A stretch of DNA of 64,000 bases. It comes from an uncultured Clostridia bacterium (lineage in GTDB: Bacteria; Bacillota; Clostridia; Christensenellales; Pumilibacteraceae). The stretch lies in NCBI GenBank assembly GCA_947066105.1, contig CAMSYM010000008.1, positions 26,695-90,694 of the forward strand, in the 5' to 3' direction. The notes beneath the pieces were generated by a model that saw only the letters and a program-made list of their open reading frames with translations, ran no database searches and had not been told where the DNA came from. Made by a program: the position numbers and the translations under genes. Shown here piece after piece: positions 37,601 through 46,368 of the stretch. How positions within the stretch are numbered: position 1 is the stretch's first letter; each line of letters starts with the position of its first letter.

Positions 37601-37722
37601 ACTTCACGCGCAAGCGCGAAAAGGAAATGCTCGGCGTCGGTCCGGCGGCGAGTGGGGCGGAGCTCGACCGTTCGACGGACGCGCCGTCGGGAGAACAGCC
37701 TGTCGACAGCGACGAAAAATAA
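34660..37722 (+). CDS. GH3 beta-glycosidase 2 (permuted), N- and C-terminal TM anchors
   Basis: EEGITLLKN, YEEGIYVGYRYYET, DSDGP, KHFAVNDQE, VITD. Confidence 0.9.
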   Translation: MDLKFIWKHKGTRAWLLTTCILLVLVLVISFVITQVPIINNSLGLVFGGERANIVEDRRDELYNREYDNKKDVLAAANEFVESVAEEGITLLKNQSNALPLGAGAKVSVFGKNSVDLVYGGSGSASGATGAARKTLYDSLKAAGIEYNPVLKSFYDDNSRSGSGRPDNPPMTSGQRLAGFAVGETPIASYEPLENSYDGYTDAAIVVFSRIGGEGFDLPRTMADDFGSDKPVSGAESADSHYLELDKNEKALLDHVKSKFGKVVVVLNTGTTMELGALDADPDIDAVLWMGLPGATGVMALGRILTGEVYPSGRTVDTWAADFTKDPTWYNSGVYGSKYGNRYLKPDGSTSDFAFVNYEEGIYVGYRYYETRSYEENKTAQTVDEWYDANVVYPFGYGLSYTDFDWEVSFDKPTGSAINADDVIKATVKVTNKTEVAGKDVVQLYYTAPYTAGGIEKSHVVLGAFAKTKLIAGGGTDTVELELKVSDMKSYDWSDANGNGFKGYELDAGKYTVTVGTDAHTAKASATYELKDGVTLREIADADGKAVAVQNRFDDVSAGIFGNDTAAAYVSRSDFDGTLPQAYLTDGERTLTQELLTKLENSIKRKYTESDDGKKWQVTGESPRTTPVDNGISFADMLYDDDGNFVGSADFDDPRWEKLLDEISLDEMKNLVGFGAFRTNAVSGVNGVVDKPLTNDSDGPSGFTSFISGATIYDTCSYQAECLLGATWNVELAYRMGEIVGEEGLVGNEKGDGMPYSGWYAPAVNIHRSPFAGRNWEYYSEDGLLSGKFAAEVIKGARTKGVYCYVKHFAVNDQETDREYNGILVWANEQAMREIYLEPFEIAVKQGKANAMMTSFNRLGMTWAGGSYELLTETLRDEWGFKGMVITDYSLNRYTYVDQMIRAGGDLFLTQDVKTFNMPDDATQVTLLRKATKNILYTVANSNIMSIKIDGYKLAVWQVVLIVIDVAVIVALAVWGVLIIYFTRKREKEMLGVGPAASGAELDRSTDAPSGEQPVDSDEK

Positions 37723-37742
37723 CGATCGCGATTGTGTTTGCC

Positions 37743-37782
37743 CAAAACGGATATCGGATAAACTTCGGTATCCGTTTTTTTG
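37743..37782 (+). terminator. Terminator ending GH3 cluster 1
   Basis: AAAACGGATATCGG / CGGTATCCGTTTTTT stem. Confidence 0.75.
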
Positions 37783-37886
37783 TGCGTAAAATAAGGATAA
37801 AACGCGGGCGCAACGATTATACTTAATACATATAAAAGACGGCGCAACTACGCGGAAAGCTTTTGCGCCGCGACAAAGGAGACAAT

Positions 37887-38510
37887 ATGAAAGAACGTTT
37901 TTATCCGTTTGCGAACGAGCCGTTGCCTTACGACTATTCGGCGCTCGAACCGTTTATCGATACGGAAACAATGCACTACCATCACGACAAGCATTTACAA
38001 ACTTATGTCGATAATCTCAACAACGCGTTAGCCGACAGCGACGCGCTCAAAAAAATGTCGCTCGAACAAATGCTTACGGACATAGAGCGCTTGCCCGAAG
38101 CCAAGCGCGCGGCGGTGCGCAACAACGGCGGCGGCGTGTTCAATCATACTTTCTATTTCGACGAACTCGGCAAGGACGGAAAACACGAGCCGCAAGGCGC
38201 GCTTGCCGAAGCGATCGATAAGGCTTTCGGCGGGTTTGCGGCGTTTTACGAAAAGTTCAAAAAAGCGGCGCTCGGCGTTTTCGGATCGGGCTACGCGTGG
38301 TTGGTCAAAAGCGGCGACGCGCTCGAAATCGTGACGACGGCTAACCAAAATACTCCGCACGCGGACGGCTATACGCCTGTGATGTGCTTGGACGTTTGGG
38401 AACACGCATACTATTTGAAAAACAAAAACATGCGCGGCGCATATATCGACGATTGGTTCAAAGTCGTCGATTGGAGCAAGATAGAAAAACGGTTCGGCGA
38501 AGCGTTTTAA
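37887..38510 (+). CDS. sodA: Fe/Mn superoxide dismutase (Mn-type signature)
   Basis: HHDKH, NNGGGVFNH, FGSGYAWL, TANQ and DVWEHAYY motifs. Confidence 0.92.
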   Translation: MKERFYPFANEPLPYDYSALEPFIDTETMHYHHDKHLQTYVDNLNNALADSDALKKMSLEQMLTDIERLPEAKRAAVRNNGGGVFNHTFYFDELGKDGKHEPQGALAEAIDKAFGGFAAFYEKFKKAALGVFGSGYAWLVKSGDALEIVTTANQNTPHADGYTPVMCLDVWEHAYYLKNKNMRGAYIDDWFKVVDWSKIEKRFGEAF

Positions 38511-38524
38511 AATTAAGCGAATGT

Positions 38525-38568
38525 AAATATACGGTCGATCGTTAAAAACGATCGACCGTATATTTTTT
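38525..38568. terminator. Bidirectional terminator
   Basis: Perfect inverted repeat AAATATACGGTCGATCGTT / AACGATCGACCGTATATTT. Confidence 0.85.
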
Positions 38569-38724
38569 GATATTATTTTAAGACATGTCCGAAAATCCGA
38601 CACGCAAAACCGTCCTGCGAGCGATAGACCGCAAGAGTACTCGAAAAGAACAATACCGCGGGGATCGGCGTGCCGACTGCTAATGCTCCGTAAAGCAGCG
38701 TTCAAACCGAAAAGCGCGAAAAAG

Positions 38725-39096
38725 TCAATCGGGAGAGTTAAGGAAAGCGTTACGGCGGATAAGCTTGGCGAAAACGGCGATAACAAAGCCGTTATGGATA
38801 TCAGTGCGCGGAATATGCGCGCCGGTAAGCTCGGATAATTTCGAATGCAAACCGTCAGCTTTGTTGATAGCGTAGGAAATATCGCGTGAAACGGAATGCG
38901 CGGAAATGCCGTGAGTGGCTCCGACTAAGGAATATAATCGAGCGTCGGAAAGGGGCTTGTCAGCGTAGATAAGCGCGCAATCGACAAGGAAGTCGAAGCC
39001 TTTGAGATGAGCGGGGATGTTACAGGAAAGAGCGAGTTGTTCGGCGAAGCAGCGTTGGGTGTTATCGGCGCTTTCATAAGTAAAGAAAATCTCCAT
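38725..39096 (-). CDS. Stand-alone Spo0A C-terminal (DNA-binding) domain-like protein
   Basis: IPAHLKGFDFL...LYSLVG...SVSRDISYAI resembles Spo0A_C. No receiver domain. Confidence 0.65.
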   Translation of the reverse strand: MEIFFTYESADNTQRCFAEQLALSCNIPAHLKGFDFLVDCALIYADKPLSDARLYSLVGATHGISAHSVSRDISYAINKADGLHSKLSELTGAHIPRTDIHNGFVIAVFAKLIRRNAFLNSPD

Positions 39097-39216
39097 ACTA
39101 TATATACATGAAAATCAACCGGTTTTTCCAACGTTTTATTAATTTTTTTACAAATTTTTCGATTTTTCTTTAAGCTTGCGATAAAAAGCCCGAATGACCG
39201 CTAAGAGCTGCGGTTT

Positions 39217-40428
39217 TCAAACGATATATTTTTCCAGTCGTCCCGATTGTTTTAAGAACGACAGCATGCTGTCGGCGCAAAAAACGTCGGGCGCAAGCGC
39301 AAGACACAGCGCAAGATCGGTAGGGTCTATCAGGCTTTTCAGTCCGTATCCGTCGTCGGGATAAAGCCGTTTGAATACCGCAAAAGCGGCGGTCTGTCGT
39401 TTTTTCAAAGCGGCGAGCATGCGCATTTGTTCGGCGCGGAATTCGGCGCGCCTGTATTCGCACAGCCGCATTTTGGCGGGCGGATAGATCGGCGACGCGT
39501 ATACGCATGCGCGGCGCACGTCTGCGCCCAAGTATTCGCATACGCTGTCGATGCGTTTGCCGTTGTCCGGCGGGAACTCGAATTTATCCGACGTAAGATT
39601 TTTAATATAAAATTCCGCTACGTATCTGCCGACGAGCATTTCGGTCTCGCCGCGCATGGCGAGCGGACGGTCTTCGGCGGCGTACAGCATGCGCAACGCC
39701 TCCGCCGTTTGCGCCGCGCCCGACGCGTGTAAAAGCTCGGGCTTGGCTTCGACGGTTTTTGCGGCTTTTTCGCCCGCGCGAACGAGTGCGGCGGTTATTT
39801 CGGGCGTGTTCTTTTCGAGCGATCTCAGTTCGGCAGTCAGGTCCGCGACAAGCTTCGCTATTGTTTCGACAAGCGTCGCGTCGGTGCGTTCGCCGCGCAT
39901 GTATGCGCCGAATGTCAGGTCGAACGCGCACAGATCGAGCGAAACTATCTCGCCGAATATCGACGCGAGATTGCGGTCGACGTCGGTCTTGTCGATCGCG
40001 ACGGCGTTCGGCTTGCGCCCGCGCCGCATTATCGCAAACGCCTTGTCTTGCGTTCGGTATCGGTCCGTCGCCGCCGCCGCAAAGGCGTGCGTGGGGCAAA
40101 GTATCAAGTATTTATCGGCGTTTTCGCGGGCGAGCGCGAATTCGCGTTCGCCGCCGCGCGCGATCGTGATGTCCGCGCGTTCGCCGTCGACGGCGCGGTA
40201 GCCCGCGCGCAAAAACATATCCGCGCGATCGAAGCCTATCGGGCGGATCGTGCTGCCTTCGGGAGCTACGGCGCGCACTGCGTCGATAACGTTGTCGTAA
40301 AACGTTGGGCTTGACGGACTTTCGACGTCGGGCGACTTTTCGTCGTCTTCGTCGTCGTCAAAATCCAAAGCCCAAGCAAAGGCTTCGCGTAAGGATATTT
40401 TGGGTAGCGCGGGCGCGGTCGTTTTCAT
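39217..40428 (-). CDS. Divergent glycerol-1-phosphate dehydrogenase (AraM/EgsA)-fold protein, catalytic motifs eroded
   Basis: LILCPT, KPNAVAID, IFGEIV and ASGAAQ segments occur in the order of the family motifs, without the metal-binding His/Asp. Confidence 0.4.
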   Translation of the reverse strand: MKTTAPALPKISLREAFAWALDFDDDEDDEKSPDVESPSSPTFYDNVIDAVRAVAPEGSTIRPIGFDRADMFLRAGYRAVDGERADITIARGGEREFALARENADKYLILCPTHAFAAAATDRYRTQDKAFAIMRRGRKPNAVAIDKTDVDRNLASIFGEIVSLDLCAFDLTFGAYMRGERTDATLVETIAKLVADLTAELRSLEKNTPEITAALVRAGEKAAKTVEAKPELLHASGAAQTAEALRMLYAAEDRPLAMRGETEMLVGRYVAEFYIKNLTSDKFEFPPDNGKRIDSVCEYLGADVRRACVYASPIYPPAKMRLCEYRRAEFRAEQMRMLAALKKRQTAAFAVFKRLYPDDGYGLKSLIDPTDLALCLALAPDVFCADSMLSFLKQSGRLEKYIV

Positions 40429-40584
40429 ATTTACAGTATAACAAAAAACGCGCGTCGAAAATTCGACGCTTTTGTAGCCGCGCGGTGATTAATGTAGAAT
40501 TTAAGGTGGATGCGGCGCGCGGCGACGGCGGTCAAGCGCGCTGAGTTCGTGCGTATCGTCTGTCGAATAAATGCGTGCAAACAG

Positions 40585-40613
40585 TTGACAGTGTCGGGGT
40601 TTTATTGTATAAT
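40585..40613 (+). promoter_or_regulatory. sigmaA promoter of rplM-rpsI
   Basis: TTGACA, 17 bp spacer, TATAAT. Confidence 0.85.
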
Positions 40614-40735
40614 ACATGTTGCACCGTGACGGCGGCGGTTTTGCCTGCCCCCGGAAAGATCGGCTCGACGTTACGGAAGCGCGGCGGCGTGAAACGTTTG
40701 CGCTTGAAACAAAATTTTTTACGAGGTTGTTTTCG

Positions 40736-41224
40736 ATGAAAACATTAATGGCAAAAAAGATCGATTCGCGTTCCGCCGATTATAAGATCGGCGACAAGGA
40801 ATACAAGCGCAAGTGGTATGTGGTCGATGCGGCGGGCGTGCCGCTCGGCAGGCTCGCAAGTCAGGTAGCGACGGTACTCAAAGGCAAGAACAAGCCCGAG
40901 TATACGCCCAATGCCGATGCGGGCGATTTCGTTATAGTCGTCAATACCGATAAGGTCGTGCTTACGGGCGATAAGCTCAACAAAAAGTTGCGCACGTATC
41001 ATACCGGTTACATGGGCGGGCTGAAACAGCAAAAGTATTCGCATTTTCTGCAAGAGAATTCGGATAAAGCCGTCGTCAAGGCGGTAAAAGGCATGCTCCC
41101 CAAAAACACGCTCGGTCGTCAAATGATCAAAAAGCTCAAAGTGTTCAAAGGTCCCGAGCATAATCACGAGGCTCAACAGCCCACTCCGCTCGCCATAAAA
41201 TTCAACGGCGGCAAGGCAGATTAA
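40736..41224 (+). CDS. rplM: 50S ribosomal protein L13
   Basis: RKWYVVDA, LGRLAS, GKNKPEYTPNADAGDFVIVVN and KGMLPKN motifs. Confidence 0.97.
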   Translation: MKTLMAKKIDSRSADYKIGDKEYKRKWYVVDAAGVPLGRLASQVATVLKGKNKPEYTPNADAGDFVIVVNTDKVVLTGDKLNKKLRTYHTGYMGGLKQQKYSHFLQENSDKAVVKAVKGMLPKNTLGRQMIKKLKVFKGPEHNHEAQQPTPLAIKFNGGKAD

Positions 41225-41243
41225 GGAGAAGAGGTAATAAGCT

Positions 41244-41660
41244 ATGGCAGCTAAATCAACCGCAAAAAAGAAAGTTCAGTACTGGGGTACGGGCAGACGC
41301 AAAAAGGCTATCGCCCGCGTGCGCGTTCTTGCGGGCGGCACAGGCGCTATTACGGTCAATAAACGTTCGCTCGACGATTATTTCCCGCTCGATACGCTTA
41401 AACTCATCGTCAATCAGCCGTTCGCGGAAACCGATACGGCGGGCAAGTTCGACGTTATAGTCAACGTTCGCGGCGGCGGCTATACCGGACAGGCGGGCGC
41501 TATCCGTCACGGCATTTCGCGCGCGCTCTGCAACGTCGACGCGACTTACCGTCCCGCGCTCAAAAAAGCGGGCTTCCTTACTCGCGATCCGAGAATGAAA
41601 GAGCGTAAAAAATACGGTCTTAAAAAAGCGCGCAAAGCGCCGCAATTCTCCAAGCGTTGA
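41244..41660 (+). CDS. rpsI: 30S ribosomal protein S9
   Basis: [31 protein letters not shown] and [12 protein letters not shown] motifs. Confidence 0.98.
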   Translation: MAAKSTAKKKVQYWGTGRRKKAIARVRVLAGGTGAITVNKRSLDDYFPLDTLKLIVNQPFAETDTAGKFDVIVNVRGGGYTGQAGAIRHGISRALCNVDATYRPALKKAGFLTRDPRMKERKKYGLKKARKAPQFSKR

Positions 41661-41663
41661 TCC

Positions 41664-42686
41664 ATGCCGAACAGGCTTCTCGAAAACGGCGAGTTGCTCG
41701 ACGCAAACGGTGTTCTCTGCGACAGCGGTTATGCCTATTCGCAAGTCAAAAGTTACGATAGGCGCGCGATCAAAGGGCAAAGTCTGCGCATAAAGGAATG
41801 GGATTATTACGGCTTCGGCGACGACAGATATTTTGTGGCGTTGACCGTCGCGGACAATTCGTATATGTCGCTCGGATCGGTCTCGCTTATCGATTACAAG
41901 TATTTGACGTATACTACGAAAAGCAAGATCGGGTTGTTTCCGCGCGGCAAGCTTGATATGCCGTCAAGCTGTTCGAGCGGCGACGTTATATTTCGGAAAG
42001 GCGGCGTCACGATCGAATTCGCGACGCGCGACGACGGGACGAGAACGCTGAGTTGCGAGTTTAAAAAGTTTTCGGGCAAAAAGACGTTTAAATGCGAATT
42101 GACGCTCGATCCGCCCGACGGAGACAATATCACGGTCGCTGTTCCGTTCGCCAAAAGAAAACAGTTTTACTACAACACAAAGATCAATTGTCTTAAAGGC
42201 AAAGGTCGGTTCGAGCTGGGCGATATGCGTTACGAGTTTAACGACGGGCGCGGCGGGCTGGACTGGGGTCGCGGCGTTTGGCCGCATAAGAACAAATGGT
42301 ACTGGTCGTCGCTGTCGTGCGAAGTCGACGGTAATGAGTTCGGACTGAACTTAGGCTACGGCTTCGGAAAACCCACGGCTACCGAGAATGTGATTTTTTA
42401 CAACGGAAAAGCGAACAAGATAAACAACGTGGATTTCGATATCCCGTATACGCTCGGTCAATTCGATTTTCTCAAACCGTGGAAGATCAATGACGACGAC
42501 GGAAGGCTCGACTTGGTGTTTTATCCGATCGTCGACCGTAAGGACAAAATGCGATGCTTTAATCTTATGACGGATCAGCATCAAGTTTTCGGCAAATTTT
42601 ACGGTAAGGCAGTACTCGACGACGGTACGATAGTAACGGTCACGGACAAGATCGGGTTTGCCGAACAGGTGATCAATCAGTGGTGA
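41664..42686 (+). CDS. DUF2804-like protein
   Basis: KEWDYY, DWGRGVW, GLNLGYG, ENVIF, PW and HQVFG motifs. Confidence 0.75.
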   Translation: MPNRLLENGELLDANGVLCDSGYAYSQVKSYDRRAIKGQSLRIKEWDYYGFGDDRYFVALTVADNSYMSLGSVSLIDYKYLTYTTKSKIGLFPRGKLDMPSSCSSGDVIFRKGGVTIEFATRDDGTRTLSCEFKKFSGKKTFKCELTLDPPDGDNITVAVPFAKRKQFYYNTKINCLKGKGRFELGDMRYEFNDGRGGLDWGRGVWPHKNKWYWSSLSCEVDGNEFGLNLGYGFGKPTATENVIFYNGKANKINNVDFDIPYTLGQFDFLKPWKINDDDGRLDLVFYPIVDRKDKMRCFNLMTDQHQVFGKFYGKAVLDDGTIVTVTDKIGFAEQVINQW

Positions 42687-42746
42687 CGTAAGTCGATACC
42701 GGTCATTAAAAATCAAATAGATCGCGTCTATAATAGGCGCGAGTAC

Positions 42747-42836
42747 GGAGAGATGTCTGAGCGGTTTAAGGTGCTCGCTTGGAAAGCGGGTGTAGTCTAA
42801 CAGCTACCTCGGGTTCGAATCCCGATCTCTCCGCCA
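42747..42836 (+). tRNA. tRNA-Ser(GGA)
   Basis: Cloverleaf with long variable arm, anticodon loop TTGGAAA, GGTTCGAATCC T-arm, encoded CCA. Confidence 0.95.
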
Positions 42837-43037
42837 AAACCACTATATATTGTGTATATGGTGGTTTTTTATTGCGAAATTGTCACAACACCAAAAGGCA
42901 TACATTACACGCTTAGTATACAAAAAGCGCACTTTTACGGCGTTAAATTTTATTAGGCATGCGCATTTATAATGTTGACATGTGTCGGAATTTATGATAT
43001 TATTAGTAAAAAGCGAGATTGCGGAGGCGAAAATTGT

Positions 43038-45065
43038 ATGTATACGATCAAACCGGAGTCGGTTAAAACATTTGTTTTGGATAGAAATATCAAGCTTCCG
43101 CGGTTTCAAAGGAAGCAGACTTGGACGGAAAAGAAAAATTTTCAGTTATGTATAAGTTTATTTAAGCAGTATCCGTTGGGCGTTACAATATTAAGCGTTG
43201 AAGAAAAAAACGGTAAAACAATCAGATGGTTGTTAGACGGGCGTCAGAGAAGGAACGCTTTATTGCAAGTGTATGAAAATCCCGAAAATATTTATATTTG
43301 GGCGAGAAAATTTATCGGATTTAAAAATAATGATCAACCCGATGAAATAGGAGATCGTTTTTGGGAAAAAATTCAAGAATACATAGAATACGACGACATA
43401 GACAATGCCGATATCGAAGACAATAATGACGTTAACGATTATGAAAGTTCGGGCGCTTTCGTAACAGATGAGAATATTGATTTGGACGGTAATACCGGGC
43501 TGGATTTTTTGTTGGAAATAATTAAGATTTTTCATAATAAATCATTGACGAATAACGGCTTTACCAAACCGTTTGATATTTGCAAATATGTTCGAACGCT
43601 TCCTTATGCGGATAATAATCGGGGTGCCAATATGCTGTCGTCTAAAAAATTAAAGAATTTTTTGGATGAATATAGAAAGTATTGCGATTTGGAAAACTTT
43701 AATTATGAGCAAATGCAATCCTTTTATCAATTTATCGGTTCAAGATGCGATATAACGGAACCCGATAAATTAAAGCAATTTTTGGAAATGAAAAAAAGCG
43801 ATATAGTGTCGAGAATAAATCTTATAGAAAGGATAGATAATTTGTTGGCTAACAGCACAATAGGATTGATCGAAGTTAAAAATCTTTCGCCCGTGGATTC
43901 TCAAAAGATTTTTAATATAATAAACACGGAGGGCGAAAAATTGACGGCGGTTGAAGTTCTTTCCGCAAAACCTTCGTGGAATACGATAATATCCAATGTG
44001 TCCGATGAAATGAAAAATGCGGTTAACGAATTGTATGAACGAATCGGTACGAATTATGTCGACGTCGTCAAGTGGGATTTGCCTGCGACGCTTTTGCGAC
44101 GGATCGGTAATAATTTCATTGTCAAAAAATTCAGCGATTCCGCAACCGATTTTGCAAAAGAAATAACGTTTGGATTTAAATTGATAGCCGGCATTTGGAA
44201 TTTCGGCGTAAAAAAAGAAGATTATGAATCGTTGAGTATTAATCGTAATATCAATTGGGCTAACGAATATGAAGAATTGGTATACGATTTAAAAAGCATG
44301 ATTAAATTAATGGAAAGTTTTAATTATTTTGAATTTTTCAAGACATGGCGAACTTCGATCATGGAATTGACAAGCGAATCCATAGCGTTAAACTTTTTTA
44401 TAATAATGTTTCTCGATTGGAAAAGAAAAGGAAAACCGATAGGGAACAATTTAAAAGCGAAAATGTTCGGAAAGAATTGTTTAATATTATGGGATAAATT
44501 AATTTACGAGTACGTGTCGACCTTATGGCGCGGCTCTGCCGATGCGAAAATAGCGGCTAATATCGGTTCGATTAAAAACGAACCCGACGGATTGTTTACA
44601 CAGACGGAATCGAGTAAGTGGCTTCAAATATTCGATGAAATAGAATCGTCGGCAAAAATCATGGGCAATAAAATAAGCGAAGCAATGATGAAACCGATTT
44701 TATATCATTTTTACTGTTTAAAATCGATATCTGCGCCTACGGATCCTTATAGCATAGAGATCGACCATATAATTCCGCAAACGCTGTTTGAAAATTCCAC
44801 GATAAACGATAAGGAACATATTAAAGACAGTATATTCAATTTGGGTCTTTTGCCTAAAAAAGAAAACATAAGCAAAACAAATAAACGATTGATCGAAATA
44901 ACAGATGATTGGCTGAAAGATCAAATTGCGAATTATGAATTTGTCACTCCCGATCAATATCAATTTTACTCCGATATTACCAATTACAAAACGATTTTTG
45001 CACAGAGAAAACGATTATTTGCGGAAGTTTTCGGTGATTTGAGAGATCAAAAAATAAATAATTAG
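43038..45065 (+). CDS. DUF262 + C-terminal HNH (DUF1524-like) protein, GmrSD/SspE-like defence nuclease
   Basis: LPRFQR..W, LLDGRQR, FNIINTEGEKL, and IDHIIPQ...NLGLL...N...N. AT-rich relative to the flanks. Confidence 0.8.
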   Translation: MYTIKPESVKTFVLDRNIKLPRFQRKQTWTEKKNFQLCISLFKQYPLGVTILSVEEKNGKTIRWLLDGRQRRNALLQVYENPENIYIWARKFIGFKNNDQPDEIGDRFWEKIQEYIEYDDIDNADIEDNNDVNDYESSGAFVTDENIDLDGNTGLDFLLEIIKIFHNKSLTNNGFTKPFDICKYVRTLPYADNNRGANMLSSKKLKNFLDEYRKYCDLENFNYEQMQSFYQFIGSRCDITEPDKLKQFLEMKKSDIVSRINLIERIDNLLANSTIGLIEVKNLSPVDSQKIFNIINTEGEKLTAVEVLSAKPSWNTIISNVSDEMKNAVNELYERIGTNYVDVVKWDLPATLLRRIGNNFIVKKFSDSATDFAKEITFGFKLIAGIWNFGVKKEDYESLSINRNINWANEYEELVYDLKSMIKLMESFNYFEFFKTWRTSIMELTSESIALNFFIIMFLDWKRKGKPIGNNLKAKMFGKNCLILWDKLIYEYVSTLWRGSADAKIAANIGSIKNEPDGLFTQTESSKWLQIFDEIESSAKIMGNKISEAMMKPILYHFYCLKSISAPTDPYSIEIDHIIPQTLFENSTINDKEHIKDSIFNLGLLPKKENISKTNKRLIEITDDWLKDQIANYEFVTPDQYQFYSDITNYKTIFAQRKRLFAEVFGDLRDQKINN

Positions 45066-45242
45066 TATTTCGGTGCAAATAGCGGTAAATACGAAAATGT
45101 CTTTTGATGGCGATCGTTTAGTAAATACAATATACTATTATCAGTCGACAATTTTCCAAAACGCTTTTCTTTTTGAGAAAAGTGTGGTATACTTAGGTTG
45201 AATGCTCGATGTTGCGGGCATCGAAACGGATCGGAGCGGAAA

Positions 45243-45953
45243 ATGACCAAGATAGCGATAGTCGAAGACCAACGTTCGGAAGCGGAGTTGTTGAAAAGAC
45301 TGTTGAGCGAGTATGCCGAAGCGCATACCCGCGAATTTGTCGTGGAGTGGTTCGACGATCCTAAAAAGTTTTTGGACGGGTTCGACGTCGATCTCGATCT
45401 GGTGTTTTTGGATATCCAAATGCCGAATATCAACGGTATGGATGTCGCGCGCAAAATTCGCGAGCGCGATTGCGACGTAAACATAGTGTTCGTTACCAAT
45501 ATGATCCAGTACGCGGTGGAAGGCTATTCGGTGCAGGCGTCCGATTTTATAGTCAAGCCCGCCGCGCCCGCAAGCGTCAATCGCGTTATGAACAGGGCGC
45601 TTGCCGCGTCCGATCGCAACGCCGATAAAACGGTCACTATAAAAAACGCCGCCGACGGACGTACGGTCGTCGTAAAAGCGAGCGAGATCTATTATGTGGA
45701 AGGCAGCGGACACAGGATCACATATCACACGGCGCACGGCGAGTTTTCGGATTGGGGATCTATGAACGCGGTGGCGGCGGAATTACCGTCGCGCAGTTTT
45801 GCGCGCTGTCACGTGTCGTTTCTCGTCAATCTCAAATACGTGCGTGAAACTTCAAAGGATACCGTCAGGGTGTGCGACGACGTTTTGCCGTTGAGTCGCA
45901 CTCAGAAAAGCGCGTTTTTCGCCGAACTTGCCGCCTATCTCGGCGGATCGTAG
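45243..45953 (+). CDS. LytTR-family response regulator
   Basis: IVED, FLDIQMP, FVT and FIVKP receiver motifs. LytTR domain IYYVE...H...FARCHVSFLVNL. Confidence 0.92.
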   Translation: MTKIAIVEDQRSEAELLKRLLSEYAEAHTREFVVEWFDDPKKFLDGFDVDLDLVFLDIQMPNINGMDVARKIRERDCDVNIVFVTNMIQYAVEGYSVQASDFIVKPAAPASVNRVMNRALAASDRNADKTVTIKNAADGRTVVVKASEIYYVEGSGHRITYHTAHGEFSDWGSMNAVAAELPSRSFARCHVSFLVNLKYVRETSKDTVRVCDDVLPLSRTQKSAFFAELAAYLGGS

Positions 45954-45984
45954 CTCGGTAAATTTCAATGTCAAGGGATCGGTC

Positions 45985-46328
45985 ATGAAAAAATTTAAAA
46001 GCATAATAGGCGTTTTGTGCGCACGCTTGATGCTTTTCACTGTCGCAGTCGGTTGCGGCAATGCGCACGCGCCGATTTTCCCCGACGGTGGTATCGAAAC
46101 TCGCGTAACGCCGCCCGACGGCGGGGATGAGAAATATGGAGCTTTGCGGGCTTTGATAATCTCGCATTGCAGTTCGCCGCGATCGATAGAGTTACGTTCG
46201 ACGGTTCCGACATAACGGGATCGTCCTATCATGCAACGCAGGTTTGCAAAGCTTGCGCGGTAAGCATGATTAACGGGCATGGCGTGAGCTTTTTTTCGCG
46301 GTACTTCGGTGATGTTGCGGAAAAATAG
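45985..46328 (+). pseudogene. Frameshifted lipoprotein-like remnant
   Basis: Signal peptide with VAVGC lipobox in one frame. It continues as WSFAGFDNLALQFAAIDRVTFDGSDITG... in another frame from about 46137 to TAG 46328. Confidence 0.5.
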
Positions 46329-46368
46329 GGTGGGCCGTAAAGCGTTACGGCAAAAACACTGCGGATAA

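Noticed and set aside
40620-40735. L13 leader autoregulatory RNA
   Set aside because: The position fits and the 5' UTR is GC-rich and structured, but I could not match a consensus by eye. It needs an Infernal search.
455-45065. IscS plus a DUF262-HNH protein as a phosphorothioate (Dnd/Ssp) system
   Set aside because: The genes are more than 40 kb apart, iscS is paired with iscU, and no dndBCDE or sspBCD genes are present
42837-45240. Prophage or integrative element at tRNA-Ser
   Set aside because: No integrase, no phage genes and no attR copy of the tRNA 3' end were found. Only a single foreign-looking gene is present.
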